Source of the DNA: Tubulanus polymorphus
Lineage: Eukaryota > Animalia > Nemertea
Direction: 5' to 3'
Assembly: GCF_964204645.1 (NCBI RefSeq)
Contig: NC_134025.1
Location: 25,090,299 to 25,154,298, forward strand
DNA length: 64,000 nucleotides
Shown here: positions 1-12,600 of the stretch, one piece after another
Layout: each line of letters begins with the position of its first letter
How positions within the stretch are numbered: the first letter of the stretch is position 1
Notes under the pieces: generated by a model
Databases searched by the model: none
Told to the model about the DNA's origin: nothing
The model's input: the letters and a program-made list of their open reading frames with translations, nothing else
Program-made: the position numbers and the translations under genes

Positions 1-3000
1 GGAGTGGAAACCTAAACGGCCGCCAAGAGCAAAAAGAAGTAAGAATATTTCGAATCAAAGCATTGCACTTATCTATTCTTTAGTAGTAAATTTCACATCA
101 ATTTTATGTTTCAGTGTCTATCGTGCGAGGTTTACAAGCAAATAAAGTCAAGCCAGCATCTTCATCCGGTGTAAACTTACTGGAACAACAGACTTTGCCT
201 TCAGGCGGCAACATATTCCAAGTGAGAGGCGAGGAATCTGCAGTTTCTAACGGCTATGAACTTTCCGGACTTTTGAACCCAAATCAAATACAAGCTGTAA
301 AGTTACGACGATTATCGTTGAAGATGTTTTTAGGGTAGGAAATATGCTTAGTATTTCTAAATCTTAGGCTCAGTATATGATGTGTCAATTTTGCCATGTC
401 CAACCTTATAGAACTGTCTGCTGTATGAATAATATACCGATATCCTTGTATCCTCGTCACATCAAAAGTGAGACTGAAAAATTAGAATGTAACTTTATGA
501 AGCGATTAATTTGTGTCAGTAGTTATCAGGTAGTAAGTAAATTCGTATAAAGTTTTACTACTATGAATATTGTTTGAATAGTTTCATATCACCTGAAGAG
601 TTGCCAGAAGATATGTCTAGCTCAACATCAGTGGACATGGAAGAGGTTTTAGCCGATATCGACCTGAGGGCTTGCGAATGCGATAAAGTGTTAGCGTCTG
701 TTTATCCTCAGCTTGTTCGTCATTGGCGTTCAGCTGGTAATGTCGGCAGGACTGTGCACTTCATGTCGGAGGCAGGTGCAGCAGCAATAGCCACATTCAA
801 CAATCTTCAGGTACTGTTTATTTCATAGTTGAGCGTATTATTTACAAACAGGCGCTTTCAAACTGGGATGGAAACAACTATATGTTTCATCACATATGGA
901 TTCTCAATTTAAGAAAAAAAGCTTTAAATCTCATCAACCATTGAAGGCAGTATTGAATTCTATAACTGAATGATTTGTGTTTGATCCCTGTATAGTGAAA
1001 TCTTCATTTAAGGCTAAATCCTATGTAGAAGAAGCTCATAAAATCATTGAAGCCGTGAAAGCTGGTGACAATCCATTTGTTACAGAAGTTTCGGAAGTCA
1101 CTGAAACTCAGATAACTCTTGAGGAAAGAGCGCGGCTTGCTATCCTGACTGGACAGGTTGGTTTTAGATTATTGCTGATTTATCGGGTAGTGGTAGATTA
1201 GAGATGCTACCTCTCTTGATTTCTTGGGTGAATCCCTGGAAATGATAAACTGTCACTGTATTTTCAAATTTAGACGTTAATATCTTTTCTTCCATTCAAA
1301 GGCATTCCTAAACATGGGTCAGTATGCAGAGGCTAAAGAGAACTGTCTTAAAGCGTTAGAATTGATGCAGAACAGTCAACCGAATAACAACGCTAAAGTT
1401 CTCGGTCGTATTATCAAAGAAGGAGTAAAACAGATCATACGCCGAATCAAAGGCAGGGAGCCAGATATTGACTTGATTAGGTTTGTATGCCATAGGATCA
1501 GGGGAGAAGGTATGCCATAGGGACCCTAAAATCGAAAAATCTGTAAAAACATATTGGTTGCATTCAGAGTTGATGAGAGGGCTCTACATTTAAAAAAGAG
1601 AATTTATAAAAAAATGTTTACTGACTTAATAAGACTCAAGCTAAGATGAAGCTAAGATTGACTGAGTTAAAATCAGTCTTGGCTACTTAGCATGTAGGAT
1701 GTTTTGGTTTTAATGGCTCATAATTCTTTGTATGAAGGGATTTTGAACAGAAAGAACGAGTAGTTGAACAAGTTCGATGTCTTCATCTACTCTACAAAAC
1801 CTACCGATTACAAAATCAACCTTTGAACTCGATGATGGTTGCTCTTCAGCAAGTGAACCTCGCTGAATTAGTGGGCGACATAGTGAGAGAGGTATTGAAA
1901 TTGAAAAAACTTTTTTACAAAAAGAACAGCTTTTTAAAAGATGACTGAAAGGAATTCTTAAACTTGAATTCGTGTCTACGATTTCATCTGATGAAATTTT
2001 TTTTTGTCTCCAAACAAACTATAGCAAATTCTAGCATACACAGCTCTAATGGAAGCTTGTCAATGGCTGAGATGGACAAACCTCTCGCGTAAATATGAAG
2101 CCATTGCACTACGAAGGTACTACGGTAAATTGTTTGTAGCTCTGAGTTATTTCATTTTCATTTGTTTCATTCAACGTATTTTCATTGTTTCAGATGTATG
2201 AACACTTTAGATGATTTCACCCCCGATGATTTGTCCGCTGTTGCAAATCTGCACGCTGTTTGTTGTATAAATCATTTGGTACTGGGTGAACTGCAGAAGG
2301 CATGCGAGTCTGGTAAGAACAAGGGTTGGTGTACATTTGCAAGGAGCAGAAGAGTGTTTCAAGTTGATTTCTCCTTTTTACATGAGATTTGTTCACCAAA
2401 AGGAAACATGTTCTAATCAAGAAGATTAATATCGTAGTGTGTTTTTATAATATTTCAGGGTACAACGTTGAGAGAATCAGTCGCAAAGTTCATGACAATG
2501 AAACCCGTCTGAAAGCTCTCCCTATGTTGGTTAGGTCACTTCTACTCAGTGGAAAGTATGCATTATTATCATCTTATTTGAACGAATTCAAGGGCGGATT
2601 CAGGGTTATTTCCAGACAGTATTTGAAGGAAAAATAAGGGCATTTCCACTTTCAAAGGGCACCTGTATAACAAAGTGGACACGATCCCTGCCTTTGTGAC
2701 ACCAATGGCACAAAGCGGATGAGGAGTTGGGGCCAAAGAAATTTCGAGAATTTCATTCAAATTTTGTGAATTCTGGTGTATTTCTCATTACCATTTTTCC
2801 CCCTAAGCAGAGATATGGTGCCAACGGGTGGATCAACAGAATTTCAAACTAACCTTTGAAAGGGCATCAAAAATTCAAACAATATTTGAAAATACAGTCT
2901 GGATCTGCCCCTGAAAGTATTGAACATAGAATAATTTGAACATTCTTCCAGATGAGGGTTGTTCGGTATCATTTAAAAGGTTTAAACTTGTGGGTTGTAA

Positions 3001-4453
3001 GTTTTAGATTTGTGATTTTAGGACAACTGACGTCGTGGAAGTTTTAGAACAGCTGAAATATATAGCAGAAGAGGCTAATGATCGCCTTGGATTGGCAAAC
3101 TACTACTGCTGCTGTCTCGATCTACTCTTAGAAGCAGGTTTTACATAAAGTTCCATCCCGATATGTCCAAAGAAATCACTTAACCTATATTCCATTTTTT
3201 CAATATCAACATCTCTTATTTCAGGCTTCCAGCTGGAAAGTTTTGAGGATTGTCTGAATTTTGCCACGGAAGCTATGAATGACCCGACATTAGCAAATGA
3301 TCCACTCGTCAAATTCTACCTAGCATCAGCGATATGTTTATGGTATTTATCTTTTAACTTTCAAAAATATTTTCATCTATCAATAAGTGTCAGATTAAAA
3401 GCTTGATTCTAACTTCTGTTTGCTTTGTAGGTACTCACGAACGAGTTCTTCGACTGAATCGACTGAATTTTGGTATAAGATGGCCAATCTGTATATGATG
3501 GACTCATTTGAGCGTTTGACCACCGTGCACGGCTTCATCAAAATCATAGAATGTCAGTTGCTTCGATTGAGTCAGTTTATCGCTCTCAATAGTAACGACG
3601 CCACCCTCAATCAGTGGAAGACAATATGTTTACATGTAAGCTGATATACAGTGTATTTATATTCACGACTTGCCCGTGATGTGACCAAAGTTCTTAGATT
3701 TGTTTGGATTGGAGTGTTGTATAATACACACTATTTGAAATACACATTTTGTAAACTATTTTGAAGTTATGATGTTTTTGACATCAAAAGTAAATTTAAA
3801 ACCCTTGGTTCATATTTATTTTATTTAGCTTCCCATTGAACGCCTAATTTGGCTTGAAACTGAAATCTTCTTAATTCCTTTGAAATTCTCTTTTGAAATA
3901 TATGGGCCTCTTCTAGATATGAAAGGTTCGTTATAAGTAAAATTTCGATTTTTTCCTATAATTTCAGTTGATGGAGAAATTGCGAATAATCTGCCAGCGA
4001 TTCACCGTATTTCAACCGCGTATGTACCTGCTTCGTTCGTATTACCACATGATCACCGGTTTTACCGGCATCGCGAAGGCGTACCTACTACGCTCGATAA
4101 ACCGCAGCAAAAAAACCGGCAACGTCCTCGACGAAGAATGGGCCGAGCACTGCAAACAGGTGTGGTTCGACCCGGAACACGATCTCGTGCAGCATTCGTT
4201 CTGGATGATGTACAACGATAGCGGTATGGTCGATCACCACGTGGCTCAGAGCATCCCCGGTTCGTTGATCAAATACTCGTTGCCTCTGCCGCACTGGTTC
4301 GACGTCAGCGGCAGTAAACGCTACAACGTCAGTAAAGATGCGACCAACGCCAAAAGTAACATCGATTCGATCAAAGAAGATGACGAAGAAAACGAGGGTA
4401 TCGACGAGGAAGATTATCGCGAGGTTGAATTGAACACCGAAACGTACGCTTAA
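1..4453 (+). CDS. ADCY10: Soluble adenylate cyclase type 10-like protein, C-terminal helical/TPR-like region (5'-partial, multi-exon)
   Basis: Phase-consistent GT-AG exons: <1-38, 115-334, 582-810, 1013-1156, 1302-1480, 1738-1891, 2025-2116, 2194-2312, 2459-2555, 3022-3137, 3225-3342, 3431-3635, 3968-4453 (TAA). The peptides DLRACECDKVLASVYPQLVRHWRSAGN..EAGAAAIATFNNLQA.SY, EQVRCL, YYCCCLDLLLEAGF and F.VFQPRMYLLRSY resemble invertebrate ADCY10-like C-termini (recognised from memory). The catalytic domains would lie upstream of the window. AATAAA occurs near 4598 and 4748. Confidence 0.75.
2589..2913. mobile_element. hAT-like non-autonomous element (MITE) in an ADCY10 intron
   Basis: The termini CAAGGGCGGATTCAG and CTGGATCTGCCCCTG are imperfect inverted repeats. 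The flanks AACGAATT and AAAGTATT match at 6 of 8 positions, consistent with a decayed 8-bp TSD. Confidence 0.6.
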
Positions 4454-5728
4454 ATCGAAGCTGTATCCGAAGTATTTTGTTTTGTCAAGATCAATGACAT
4501 AATTCTATTTGAATAACAATTTACTAGTTTACGTATGCGCATGTATGTATTCATGAAGATAAAAAGCTCATTATTTTACGGATAGATGTTAACTGTCAAT
4601 AAAGTTGTTTTTAAGTTCACTGATTTTACCTATCTACATATTTTTATTTATTAATTAAAAGTGTGCCGCTCAATTTGATAACTGGCACAACATGTTTATT
4701 TTCTAATTGTTATTTGTTATCGTTATTTCTGTTGTTTTTGTCGAAGAAATAAAAAGTATTTTTAGAGCAATTGATATGTTTAAGTAATATTGATTCACGG
4801 GTCTATCATCATTCTGAGGAAAATAATGCAGGTATCTAGAAAATCTACTCTGACGCGATGAAGGGATTGAATGATCATGAGGGCTAGAAAAATCTGTAAT
4901 CCGTTTGACTGTTGAACTTGAGATAAAGAGTTTTGCTCGCGTATTTTCTGTTGAAATTCGTGGTATTCATCATTGTCTTAAAGAGATAGTTCAGCCTCTT
5001 CTAAACTATGTTTTTACGGTCCGTATTTTTATGGTTTCTACATAATATGCCTTAGTAACCTGTCTGTGGGGTAGTTTCACGATCGGATATTTAGTATAAA
5101 TCCATCCGATTATTAAAGCTTACCACCAACGACATTAGGTAGTAGGCACCCACTTTATTCGGTAAAGTTTGGATCCTTCAAATTCGATGAGTAACTGTGA
5201 TGTCTTCACCCGTATTGAAAATAAACAGACAATCTCGACTTATTGGCACGAAGTTGAACCCAGCATGTCTGATCTCTATTTGACCAGTATTGCCCTGGAC
5301 AATTTTCGTTATTTTGCGAAGAATGAAGGTCGAGATGTTAAAAATGGTGATTCATTAAAATCGAGTTCACTGGTGTTCGTCACAGTATTGAAAATCGGTC
5401 CGAACCAGTGTTTCACAAATCAAATTATACTTATCAGTTTTATATTAAGGTTGTAGATATTGCCTATTAGAAGGTCAAACATATCAACTCTTGTCAGTAC
5501 GAAAGGACTCAAAGGTTTACTTAACAGTCAGCAATGCTGAAACCGGAATTATCTGGACACTGTGAGAGTGAATTGTGCAAAACGCTTACCGATAACATGA
5601 TTCTGGCAACTCTCCCACTTTAGGACAGTTGCCAAGATCACGAGTATTTAACGATGTATTCAGCTTTTGGATAAACATAATTCATTAGACTTGTCAACGA
5701 AACAGATCGCTCAGCGTAGAAAGTTACG

Positions 5729-7781
5729 ATGATGATGGGCATGGACGACGGCGATCCCGGTGAACCGAGAGATCATTTGAATCGTCTACTCGGCGGACAG
5801 TTGCCGCCGTTCACCAATAAACTGAAACCCGCGTTCAGAGGAAAGCGACAGACTTTAACAAACATCAAACGAAATATTGGTATGTATCAAAATCTTATCT
5901 TAAGAAATCATTAAGGGGTGTGTGTTTTGCTATTGAACGAACAAAATGGGCGTCCAGCCATCAAACTAAACTTCTGTAATTGCCGGATTCTTTATTTCAA
6001 ATTTTATTTCAATTCTTACTTTTTATGTGTAGGCTTACTATGTCGTCATTTGTATCCTATATGTATGTTTTTTGTTCATATGACCTGGTTATTTTATTCT
6101 AGATGGTTTTGGCTTTGATCCAGAGTCCGTTGAGCAGGGCATTCCTCAGCAAGATGTGACTGTTGATTTTATGGGGACTGATTTGCAATTCACGAGGTAA
6201 TTATTATGACCTTGAATTTTTTGAAAACCATTTGTTATCTGGACGATCTACATACGTAACATTTCATTTGGAAATGAAGATTCAGAGTTCTAGTCGTAAC
6301 ACGCATTCTAGCACACGCATGGCACACGTCCAATGACGCGCGTGAAAATAAATTAACACAATTAACTTATCACGTGATTGCTTATCGTGTAATACATATT
6401 GGAGATCGATATTTCTCATGGTTAAAGTGCAAAAGATAAGACAATTGTGTGAAGTGATAAAGTTATGTAACTTTGACCAAATCCGGTTCAATCTGATCAT
6501 ATTCCGGAAAAAAATCCTTTATCTTTTTAGGTAACCTCCCTTCTGTAGAACTGGTATTTTTCTTAATCTTAATTAATCTGTTGATGTTTTAATTTTTTCT
6601 TCTTATTCAGAAATGGTTTAACAACTCGCTTTTCTTTGAAAAATGTCAAGACCCTTGCCACACTGGTCGATGAAGGTTGGAACTTGAAGTTAGAGAAGAA
6701 ACGACTCGTGCAATATCCAAAAGCCAGCGTCGCCGTAACAGCCACGCATCCTGACTATTGCAGCAAAAATAAATCCTTGCCTTTAATCGATAACATGGTT
6801 TCAGTGGTTTTGCTGATGGACCTGGAGACTGAATCTCTTTGCGGGGATCTCGAAATTCCTAGAAAAGGAAACGTCGCTTTGAATGAAAAGTTAGTCGGAT
6901 TTCAGCTGCTGGGTTTAGATTTGAGTCCGGATCAGTCAATTTTAGCCGTGTCGTGGAAGCTACTCGACCCCGACACGTGGAACTTGAATCGATGCGTCGA
7001 TAATACTGCATTTATTTATTTTTACGACGTGTCCGGTGATTTCTGTTCTGCGCCGATTCATTGCATCACGAAAAACTACGAAGAGGACTGCGGCGATCCG
7101 AGTATAGCGTTCGACCCGAGCAGTGGTCATTCGTGTTTCACATTGACTTTCCCGAAGAGAATTGAAACAGTTACGATACGACTTCCCATGGAACGATACC
7201 GTTTCGATCACGTGCCCGTCATCGAAACTGGACTTATGAATCTAGACAAACAGCGCGGAATCTCTGTCACGGATTCCACAACTCTGCTCGATGCCAAATT
7301 CGAATCGCTGTTCAGCAAACAGCAAAAACTCCGGTACACTCCAGATGGACGATATATAGTATACCTGAATTCGTACAGTACCAGAGGCGGCTTCGGGATG
7401 TATTACGGCGGGAAAATGAAAATGGAAGTCGTGATTTTGGACGCCGCTGACGTCAATCATGTTATCGGGCGACACAAATTTCAGTGGAAACCCGACCAAA
7501 TGGAACCGGAATCGAACGTCGACTGGTTCACTATAGATAACGTGGTTCACTTTTCGAAATATTCAGAAAGCGTTTTGATCATCGAAAATGTGTCAAAGAC
7601 CGCCGATAGCTCGCTGCTAGTAGACTATATGGTCGTACAACTACCCCAGAAATTAAATCTACAAGACATTTGCCGTAAGATTATTCGGAAATCAGCTGCT
7701 GGTTCAGACGACAGTATTGCTCGTCTGCCATTACCGTCGATCTTGAAGAACTACCTTAATTACAAACACACTTCCCGTTAA
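5729..7781 (+). CDS. SOCS-box protein with a probable divergent beta-propeller/WD40-like body (about 471 aa)
   Basis: Exons 5729-5879, 6103-6196 and 6611-7781 join in frame (1416 nt). The C-terminal KLNLQDICRKIIRK...IARLPLPSILKNYLNY is a clear SOCS box. Repeated beta-strand/turn motifs (LDLSPDQSILAV, IAFDPSSG, LRYTPDGRYIV, VHFSKYSESVL) suggest a propeller. Confidence 0.8.
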
Positions 7782-9456
7782 TTGATTGTTTTCATCCAAA
7801 ATGTTTATGTTTTAATTTAATGAATATGAAAAAAATATAATAATGATTAGAACAATATAACGATAAAAAAAATTCGGTCGTCTCATTATATTTGTATAGA
7901 CCTTTCGTCTCGAGTATGCCACGTCTTTAATTTCATTTCCGATGTAAAGAGAAAAAACAAAGAACACAAAATATTCAATTCATCATCGTTAATTTTATTT
8001 TTTTCATACGTTTAACTTTTTTAAGAATCTCATTTACCATTTACATCGAAGTAGAATAATAGTTTTTTTTATCTAAATGTCGAAGTCGATAAAGGTTCAA
8101 ACAATCCAATGCAGTCGTGTACGGTAACGGGCTGTGCGTTTTCTGTATTCCATTGGATATATATTTCATTAATAGTCCATCAAATTCATACATTCATTAA
8201 TTACATTTAAATGAAAAACTACACCGTATAACACCTAAAAATCAAAGTTACTCGTCGCCCATATAAATGTATTGTATTACATCCGAGAGGTCCATTCGTT
8301 CAATTTTGCAAAATATTTTAGTATCGCTGGTTTACCTATACAAGTGTGTGAGGAAATACCTGCGTAGATTTATATATTTAAATTATGTCGCGAGAACAGT
8401 TTGCCATCTCCATAAATGCCCTCTAAGATCATTCATTGAAAATCTTCCATCCAGTTTCTAATAAGGAAACATGGCGATTAATAGTTAGATATCACCTTGA
8501 ATTTGAGGATGGCATGAGGAGATTGTAAGCAAACATCAAGCTCGGAAGTCCTAAACAAGAATTTTTTTTGAACAAAATGGCATTGTATCAATTCATAAGT
8601 ACATATTTCATGGGCGACCTTTATGGATTTGATTGATTTTATTTCTCATTCTCATAGTTTGCACTGTTTCTTTGTGGTATATACACATTTAACCGACATA
8701 AATGGTTAATAATGATAATATATCAACTCCGTTAAAAATGTTATCTATAAATATTAACTATTATTAACAAAAAGCCTAATCCTCCAAAACTAAATCATTA
8801 GGCGTATAATATATTATTCATATCATATAAATCGTGATAGTAATTTTCAGACAGAAATGACACAAGTTATATCATAAGGCAGATTGCTAGATCACTAATT
8901 ATTTCAATAAAATGAGTGTTGATACATTTCAAGAGGGAGCAAGGTGTAAGGCTGAAACTAAACTGACGCAATACAACCTGTTTTAACAAACGTACTCTAT
9001 AAAGCTTAGCTTACTATTCTTTAGATACTCTCTTCTACGTCTATTTCATTATTTACAAATTCTAAATGCAATCATGGGATATATATTCGGATATGCGCCA
9101 AGCAAGATTTTCAAGCTTACGGAATCAAACTTTTTCTCATTGAATGCCGTTTCAAAATTATAGTCAAAGCCCTGCACGGAAATAGAAAAAAGCGTTTCAA
9201 CTTTTGCAAAAGGCTATGAATCGTCCAACTTTTTGAATTTTCTTTCGATTATATATTCTATAAGGATATAGAACTCGGCTGAAATTAAGGCACACGCCGA
9301 GTTATGAATATATCTATAGGAAAAGAGATTTTTAGGGTGTATAAAGTGTAATTTACAAAAATAACAAGACATTCACGACAACAACAAATTTCAATTCGTA
9401 TCTTCTCTCACAATTTACATTCCAATTACGTTTCCATAACTGTGCTACGTTTTCCT

Positions 9457-9589
9457 CACCCTAGCTTGCCAGGGTTTGATTGCTGCCGCCGAAGCTCACG
9501 CCAACGCAAACCCTGGCCAGGGTCTGCGGCCAGGGTTTGTGTTGGCACGAGCATGGGCGGTGACAATCGATCCCTGGCAAGCGAGGATA
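9457..9589. mobile_element. Fold-back MITE, Mutator-like, in the 3' UTR of the Ig-domain gene
   Basis: Two inverted arms of about 59 nt (9460-9518 and 9528-9586, about 11 mismatches) surround a 9-nt loop. The element is flanked by the direct repeat CGTTTTCCT (9448-9456 and 9590-9598), extendable to TACGTTTTCCT. Confidence 0.75.
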
Positions 9590-9661
9590 CGTTTTCCTTC
9601 GCATATCGATAAGGAATGATATTTCCGCTTTTTCCTGTTGATTCCTCCTCGTTAACCCGGC

Positions 9662-12600
9662 TCATACGGGCACAACATTCGTAGTTCGGACGATGTGATT
9701 TGTATCGGTATTCGTTTCTTTCCGTTGGATAATCGGTGTGGGCGGAGAAATATCTTCCGGTCCAAGACGCCGCCTAGTGGTCCGCGACTGAACCCGTCGT
9801 TTATTCTCCCGCGGTGGACGTTTCGATCGTTTTCGTTCGCAAAAAATAAGCATCCTCTCGAAAGCATTGAACAAGCGTTCGATCGCGCCATCCGGTTTTT
9901 CTTGAGTTTTTATGAAAGCCATAATGCTGTAAAATGATACGATGAACATATTTCAATAGACATAGTCCGTGGGATATATATGATGAAAAACAATATTACA
10001 CGATTGATATACTAAGTAATCAAATGACATGATTTCTTCAATAGCGATCTTACTAACATATTCGATTTGATGACATACATTAATTTTTTTTCCTGATCGA
10101 AGCTCGAAACAGCATTACATATACTTTTCAAGAGTGAATAGCTATTTTTATGTAGGATTTATTAGTTTTTAAGTATAAAATCCACGCATTACACGACTTA
10201 TTCATACTGAAATGGTGTAACAATACACTGAAACTACATCATCGCATTTTTTCAATAATTTACGCGTGATTATTTACAATCATGTTTCACGACTTCCAAA
10301 AATAAAATCTATGTCATTTATCTAAGTTGTTGTGTATAATACCGTGATCATGTAATGCCCGGAAAAAATTCAACATATTATTTTCATTATATTATTATGC
10401 ATAGCATGGATATTAAAATACATACATTAATGGAAGGTTATGAGCTTTACAAATTTTATAGATGGTTACATGATTTGAAGCATGGCATATATATCATGTA
10501 TGTTACAATATGCGTGAATAAGCATGCGCAGTTTTATCTAAGGCCTGGGTATGCCCAAGTGTCAGGCGCCATTTTTTGTGATTTTTGAAAAAAATGCTTT
10601 GCTCTTTTCTCGGAGCTTTAGTCTTAAAAATTCCCAAAGATCTTTTTTCATTAGATCAGATTAGAATGGGTTGAGATTCTGGTCTTATTCTTAACCTTGA
10701 CCTTCTTGTCCAGACCTTTAAGTCAGTGATGAGTTTTTTTATAGCGGTTTTACATCCAGAGATCTTGTTCATCTCTGTGTTTGGTGATCTATCCATTCGC
10801 GAGATTGTGATTGTTTGGAAGCTTTTACTCTGAAGTCTACTTTTTCAGATTCATTGCCGTAACGACAATTATACACGGGTTCAATGCCTTTCGTTGAGAA
10901 CAATTCCCTGGGTTCGTATGCAGTGAGCTTTTTCGAGTCAAGAACTTTGCGACACAGATAGTTCGTGCCTCTTCTGATTTCGCAAAATAAACAATTGATG
11001 AACTAATTTCAAAGCTGTTTAAAGCTTAAAAACGAGATACGGTGATTTCAGTTTGTAGCATTCACAAGCGGTGCAGCGACCCGGCAACTAGTAGATAATA
11101 TAGCACCGGAAGTAGAGTAGTATTAGAAAACGATGTATCGTTTCGCAAATCCCATGCTCAAGTGATTATAAATATACATACGATGAGTATTGTTTCGGAT
11201 TGCATGCTGTTGAAAATCATAAAAATATGTTTTTACTTAATGGCGCACGAAAAAATTGATAAAATACATATGGCGACTACACTCAGCAGAATTATGGATT
11301 TGACCACAGGTTGAATTTTCGGAGCAGAGGCTGAAAAATAAAAAACAACAATAATTAAGTGGCAAATTTTGTATACCAATTCTTGGGAAAAACTAATCAG
11401 AATCTAAATTGAGGTGTACATGATAACCCAAACATCAAATTTACATGAATCCAATAGAGGAAAAATATCTTCATACATATTCAAATATTTTAGACCGATT
11501 TTTAAGATAACTCATGAACAAACCTGTGTAAAGCTCTGGAGAAATGATAACTATTTCTGATCTTAAGATATCTTTATTGCGGTAACGTACAATACATCTG
11601 TACTCGGCCGAAGCCTCGTTTTCGCTGATAGTTATCTCGAGGGTACTGGATACTGTGCCGTCGTATAAACTCACAGTAGCGCCACCTATTATCCGCGGTG
11701 CATATTCAGCAGGCGGCCACTTGCGCCAGATAATGTCAATAACGCTCGGATGGCTGGTTTTGTCCGTTTGGCAGCGCAGTAAAACTTTGTCGACATTTTT
11801 TGAAACAGGTAAATTACTAAACGATCTGTACTCTTCCAACGGCATCGACGGCGATGAAAGAACTACCGTTGAAGGGGGATCTGAAAGATAAAAAGTGAAA
11901 AGAGTGAAATTTAAAAACCCAACAAATATCCTTTTGTTTATCGGAATTTTTAAATTTAACTTACAATTAACTTGGATGGTAACTGCAGGTGACGATTTGC
12001 CCACCGATTCGGCCGCTTTACACCAGAGAGCGTGGTTGTTCGCGTCTTTATGAACGACCGTTGAATATACGAAATAGCTATCGTCGAGCGAGTAGTTGAC
12101 GGATCTGAATTTGAAAGGTCCGTCTGGCAAGAGAACAGGCGGCGGATTTCCGTTTTCAGCTGTACACGTGATAATCAGAATTTCACCCTCGTCTATCGGG
12201 TTCTTGTTCAAATTGATTTTAACCGCGATCGGTTTTAGATAGTTACCTATCAAAAACAGAATACACGTATATCACTGACAATGAACCAAACTTACATCAA
12301 TCTTTTTCTCGTGCTTTAGAGCACTCAGTGCATCCAGATATTCGACTTACCAAGTATGTCTATTTGCACCGGATCGCTTTCGATCGAGCCGTATCTGTTT
12401 GCGGCTTGACAAATGAATCTACCACTCCTACCGCCTAAAGTTGTTTTTGAAACCTCTGACGCTGGTAAACCAGAACTGCCAGCCTTGGAAACCTCGTCTC
12501 GGAACACCTGGAACGGTTGACCGTCATTGGATAGCCGTGACCACGTATACGTTATGGGAAGTACTGGCCAATTCAGTCCGGTCTTCTTGTAGGCATTGCA

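Noticed and set aside
5534-5623. Upstream ATG for the SOCS-box gene
   Set aside because: The frame closes at TAG after about 29 codons, so it is at most a uORF. ATG 5729 gives the continuous spliced frame.
9456-9664. Selenocysteine or readthrough extension of the Ig gene (TGA followed by an open frame and a hairpin)
   Set aside because: The hairpin lacks the SECIS AUGA/GA quartet and apical AA. The context TGA-GCC is not a typical readthrough signal. The open frame is explained by a GC-rich MITE with a TSD.
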